Assembly (NCBI GenBank): GCA_032718475.1
Contig: JAUCBJ010003811.1
Coordinates: 1-38,588, forward strand
Length of the DNA stretch: 38,588 bases
Direction of reading: 5' to 3'
Source: Nemertoderma westbladi
Taxonomy: Eukaryota > Animalia > Xenacoelomorpha
The notes under the pieces are model-generated. The model did no database searches. It was not told the DNA's origin and worked only from the letters and a program-made list of their open reading frames with translations. Position 1 is the stretch's first letter. Each line of letters starts with the position of its first letter. Of this stretch, positions 34,141 through 38,588 are shown in pieces. Both the position numbers and the translations under genes were made by a program.

Positions 34141-34188
34141 GTAGATGGTGACTGGACGGGCAAGCATATTACTCCAGTCACCATTTAC
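34141..34188. other. Isolated hairpin, 16-bp stem and 16-nt loop
   Basis: GTAGATGGTGACTGGA (34141-34156) and TCCAGTCACCATTTAC (34173-34188), one mismatch. Confidence 0.7.
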
Positions 34189-35243
34189 CCAATTACAAAA
34201 TATTAAGTATATTATAATGAAAATGCACTATATAGTTAAACACCAAACAAACATTCGCCTATAAAATCGAATTATTACACGACTAATTATTAATTTTAAA
34301 TTACGTACGTGATTTAAATGGATGCATCCTACTTATAGTATGGTACAGTTTACAACAATATTATACCTACAATATGTAATAATGTAATGCATGCAAAAAT
34401 GAAATACTACTATAGATACCTAAAATACTGATTAAAAAGAAAAGCTCAATATCATAAATACATTATAAGCATATTTAATTAAAGCTATTTAAGTAATAAT
34501 GCCAACTACCTATAGGCCGTTCAACCAAGTCGAGTATAAACAAATCACTATAAAGTTGAAGTGTAACTAGTGCAATATCGACTGAGACACCTTTTTCAAA
34601 CCGCTGTAGCTAATGAATGAATAAAAAGCGACGCCTATATGATTATCTACAGCATGTGATGAACGGTATGCAGAAGTCAGTAAAATGAAAGAAAGTAGTG
34701 GTGTTTATGGCCTATACTGTGTCATATGGACAGGGACAGGAAGCTTACTGGACCCCCGAGTAGTGTCTACATCATTGTCCAGAATAGGGTGTTTCCCTTC
34801 ACTTCTATGGGGCTTTCTATTATTCCTACCTGTCCCAAATACGTTGTGTAATGATTTCCAACCTGTCCAATATAGGGGCATCCAATCAAATCATCATATG
34901 AGCCAACTCCTCGTCATCGGACCAATACCAACATTCCTAAGTTAGGCATCTCCCTTATTGGCTATATAATGTAAAGGTTAATGGAAAATTCCACTGATAT
35001 ATAATCCAAGTGTCAGCTACGAATCCCGGGCTCATTATAACAACCTATACTGGACAGAGCAACGTATTTGGGACAAGAGCTGGTTGAGGTATATGTACAG
35101 TGGAAATTCCCATTCTAAATAATTGCATTTGGAATACATCTTCCCTAGTTATGGTTAAAGATATACTGTGGGTGCCTTGCAAATGGCCTGTAAGACTGTG
35201 ATGCATTATAGGCTATAGTGTCACCATAGTCACGTTATTTCAT

Positions 35244-35351
35244 TTCATGTTGTGCAATTTATTCATATTGTGTAATTTATTCATGTTGTGCAATTTATTA
35301 ATTGTGCAATTTATTCATTGTGCAATTTATTCATGTGGTGCAATTTATTCA
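35244..35351. repeat. Minisatellite of about 18 bp, x6
   Basis: TTCATGTTGTGCAATTTA-like units in tandem. Confidence 0.85.
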
Positions 35352-35464
35352 CTTATAATAAATCTAAATACATTCGTATAATAATAATTAAATGACAATC
35401 AAATTAGTGATATCGCAACCTCCTCCCCCAGACTTAACTTCATCCCAAATAGTCCTTAATAAGT

Positions 35465-37993
35465 CTTAAATTTGACTCAAATAGGTTGTTTGTGTCCCAT
35501 ATAGGGTGTTTGTGTAACATATAGGGTGTGAAGTACTTATAATGATTTCAAATAGTTTTCAAATGTAATGGAATACTCAAAAGAATATAGAATTCACTAT
35601 CATAGCTTTCATTTAAATTTGTCCCAAATAGGTTGATTGTGTCCCATATAGGGTGTTTGTGTCCCATATAGGGTGTTTGGGTCCCAAATAGCGCGTCACT
35701 TTCTCAATATGATTTTAAATAATTTCTAAATCTCATGGAATACTCAAAAGAATATATAATTTAATACTATAGCTTTAATTTCAATTTGTCCCAAATAGGT
35801 TGTTTTTGTCCCAAATAGGGTGTTTGTGTCCCGTATAAGGTGTGAATTGCGTATAATGATTTCAAATATTTTCTAAATGTAATGGAATACTCAAAAGAAT
35901 ATAGAATTCACTATCATAGCTTTAATTTAAATTTGTCCCAAATAGGTTGTTTATGTCCCATATAGGGTGTTTGTGTCCCATATAGGGTGTTTGTGTCCAA
36001 AATAGCGTCTGACTTTCTCAAAATGATTTTACATAGTTAATAAATATAATGGAAATACTCAAAAAGAAAATAGAATCCACTATCATAGCTTTAATTTAAA
36101 TTTGTCCCAAATAGGTTGTTTTTGTCCCATATAGGGTGTTTTTGTGCCAAATAGCGTATGACTTTCTCAAAATGATTTTACATAGTTTATAAATATAATG
36201 GAAATACTCAAAAAGGAAATAGAATCCACTATCATAGCTTTAATTTAAATTTGTCCCAAATAGGTTGTTTATGTCCCATATAGGGTGTTTGTGTCCCATA
36301 TAGGGTGTGAAGTGCTTATAATGATTTCAAATAGTTTCGAAATGTAATGGAATACTCAAAAGAAAATAGAATTCACTATCATAGCTTTCATTTAAATTTG
36401 TCCCAAATAGGTTGTTTGTGTCCCATATAGGGTGTTTGTGTCCCAAATAGCGTGTGACTCTCTCAAAATGATTTTACATTAGTTTCTAAATCTCATGGAA
36501 TACTCAAAAGAATATAGAATTCACTACCATAGCTTTAATTTCAATTTGTCCCAAATAGGTTGTTTTTGTCCCATATAGGGTGTTTGTGTCCCATATAGGG
36601 TGTGAATTGCTTATAATGATTTCAAATATTTTCTAAATGTAATGGAATACTTCAAATAATATAGAATTCACTATCATAGCTTTCATTTAAATTTGTCCCA
36701 AATAGGTTGTTTGTGTCCCATATAGGGTGTTTGTGTCCCAAATAGCGTGTGACTTTCTCAAAATGATTTTACATAGTTTATAAATATAATGGAATTACTT
36801 AAAAGAAAATAGAATCCACTATCATAGCTTTAATTTAAATTTGTCCCAAATAGAGTTGTTTTTGTCCCATATAGGGTGTTTGTGTCCCAAATAGCGTGTG
36901 ACTTTCTCAAAATGATTTTACATAGTTTATAAATATAATGGAAATACTCAAAAGTAAAATAGAATCCACTATCATAGCTTTAATTTAAATTTGTCCCAAA
37001 TAGGTTGTTTGTGTCCCATATAGGGTGTTTGTGTCCCGTATAGGGTGTGAAGTGCTTATAATGATTTCAAATAGTTTCGAAATGTAATGGAATACTCAAA
37101 AGAATATAGAATTCACTATCCTAGCTTTAATTTAAATTTGTCCCAAATAGGTTGTATATGTCCCATATAGGGTGTTTGTGTCCCATATAGGGTGTTTGTG
37201 TCCCAAATAGCGTGTGACTTTCTCAAAATGATTTTACATAGTTTATAAATATAATGGAATACTCAAAAGAAAATATAATTCACTATCATAGCTTTAATTT
37301 AAATTTGTCCCAAATAGGTTGTTTTTGTCCCATATAGGGTGTTTGTGTGCCAAATAGCGTATGACTTTCTCAAAATGATTTTACATAGTTTATAAATATA
37401 ATGGAAATACTCAAAAGAAAATAGAATCCACTATCATAGCTTTAATTTAAATTTGTCCCAAATAGGTTGTTTGTGTCCCATATAGGGTGTTTGTGTCCCG
37501 TATAGGGTGTGAAGTGCTTATAATGATTTCAAATAGTTTCGAAATGTAATGGAATACTCAAAAGAATATAGAATTCACTATCATAGCTTTAATTTAAATT
37601 TGTCCCAAATAGGTTGTTTATGTCCCATATAGGGTGTTTGTGTCCCATATAGGGTGTTTGTGTCCCAAATAGCGTGTGACTTTCTCAAAATGATTTTAAA
37701 TAGTTTCTAAATCTCATGGAATACTCAAAAGAATATAGAATTCACTATCATAGCTTTAATTTAAATTTGTCCCAAATAGGTTGTTTATGTCCCATATAGG
37801 GTGTTTGTGTCCCAAATAGCGTGTGGCTTTCTCAAAATGATTTTACATAGTTCATAAATATAATGGAATACTCAGAGGAAAATATAATTCACTATCATAG
37901 CTTTAATTTAAATTTGTCCCAAATAGGTTGTTTTTATCCCAAATAGGGTGTTAGTGTAATAGTTTATAAATATAATGGAATAATAAAAAAAAT
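35465..37993 (+). repeat. Satellite 2, forward arm: 16 monomers of 147-150 or 167-169 bp plus a truncated one
   Basis: Anchor GTCCCAAATAGGTTG (or variant) at 35474, 35621, 35788, 35935, 36104, 36253, 36400, 36548, 36695, 36843, 36993, 37140, 37307, 37455, 37602, 37769 and 37916. Internal 20-bp subrepeat TGTCCCATATAGGGTGTTTG. Confidence 0.97.
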
Positions 37994-38588
37994 ATTTTTT
38001 CCTTTATAAACTATGTAAAATCATTTTGAGAAAGTCATACGCAATTTGGGACACACACACCCTATATGGGACATAAACAACCTATTTGGGACAAATTTAA
38101 ATTAAAGCTATGATAGTGGATTCTATATTCTTTTGAGTATTCCATTACATTTAGAAAATATATTTGAAATCATTATAAGCAATTCACACCCTATACGGGA
38201 CACAAACAGCCGATATGGGACAAAAACAACCTATTTGGGACAAATTGAAATTAAAGCTATAGTAGTGGATTCTATATTCTTTTGAGTATTCCATGAGATT
38301 TAGAAACTATTTAAAATCATTTTGAGAAGGTCACACGCTATTTGGGACACAAACACCCTATACGGGACATAAACACCCTATATGGGCCAAAAACAACCTA
38401 TTTGGGACAAATTGAAATGAAAGCTATGGTAGTGAATTCTATATTCTTTTGAGTGTTCCCCTACATTTCGAAACTATTTGAAATCATTATTAGCACTTCA
38501 CACGCATATACTCGGGACACAAACACCCTATATGGGACACAAACAACCTATTTGGGACAAATTGAAATTAAAGCTATGGTAGTGGATT
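37994..38588 (-). repeat. Satellite 2, inverted arm (continues beyond the window)
   Basis: Reverse-complement monomers (CAACCTATTTGGGACAAATT), with the GGG anchor at 38088, 38237, 38404 and 38554. Confidence 0.97.

Noticed and set aside
32472-34945. ORFs 32472, 33026, 33290, 33304, 33906 and 34685 as host genes
   Set aside because: 33026 and 33304 are frameshifted pieces of the RTE element and 33290 is its antisense. The rest have no recognisable features.

Overview
AT-rich eukaryotic genomic DNA, most likely from an invertebrate animal, judged from GT-AG introns and metazoan-like proteins. Two housekeeping genes face each other tail to tail. The first is a three-exon galactose-1-phosphate uridylyltransferase gene (GALT, + strand, join 1651..1746, 2935..3477, 3688..4233; 394 aa), which the ORF track captures only in part. 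The second is a single-coding-exon N-alpha-acetyltransferase 50 gene (NAA50, - strand, 30879..31664) with N- and C-terminal extensions. Between them lies a 22.8-kb array of a 36/37/44-bp C-rich tandem repeat (7275..30108) with nested kb-scale duplications; it explains nearly all of the repetitive ORFs in the track, which are not genes. A second satellite (35.47 kb to the window end) has 147/167-bp monomers, A/B monomer types and an orientation flip at about 37994. Also present: a CRE-type and an RTE-type non-LTR retrotransposon fragment, a three-copy MITE-like family, a 400-bp foldback in GALT intron 1, a split 22-bp AATAAA-containing minisatellite, and a palindrome-dense stretch upstream of NAA50. 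I found no CRISPR array, RNA gene or clearly new multi-gene system. The best candidates for novelty are the architecture of the two satellites and the remodelled GALT N-terminal motif. All alignments and counts were done by eye, and comparisons to human and E. coli proteins are from memory.
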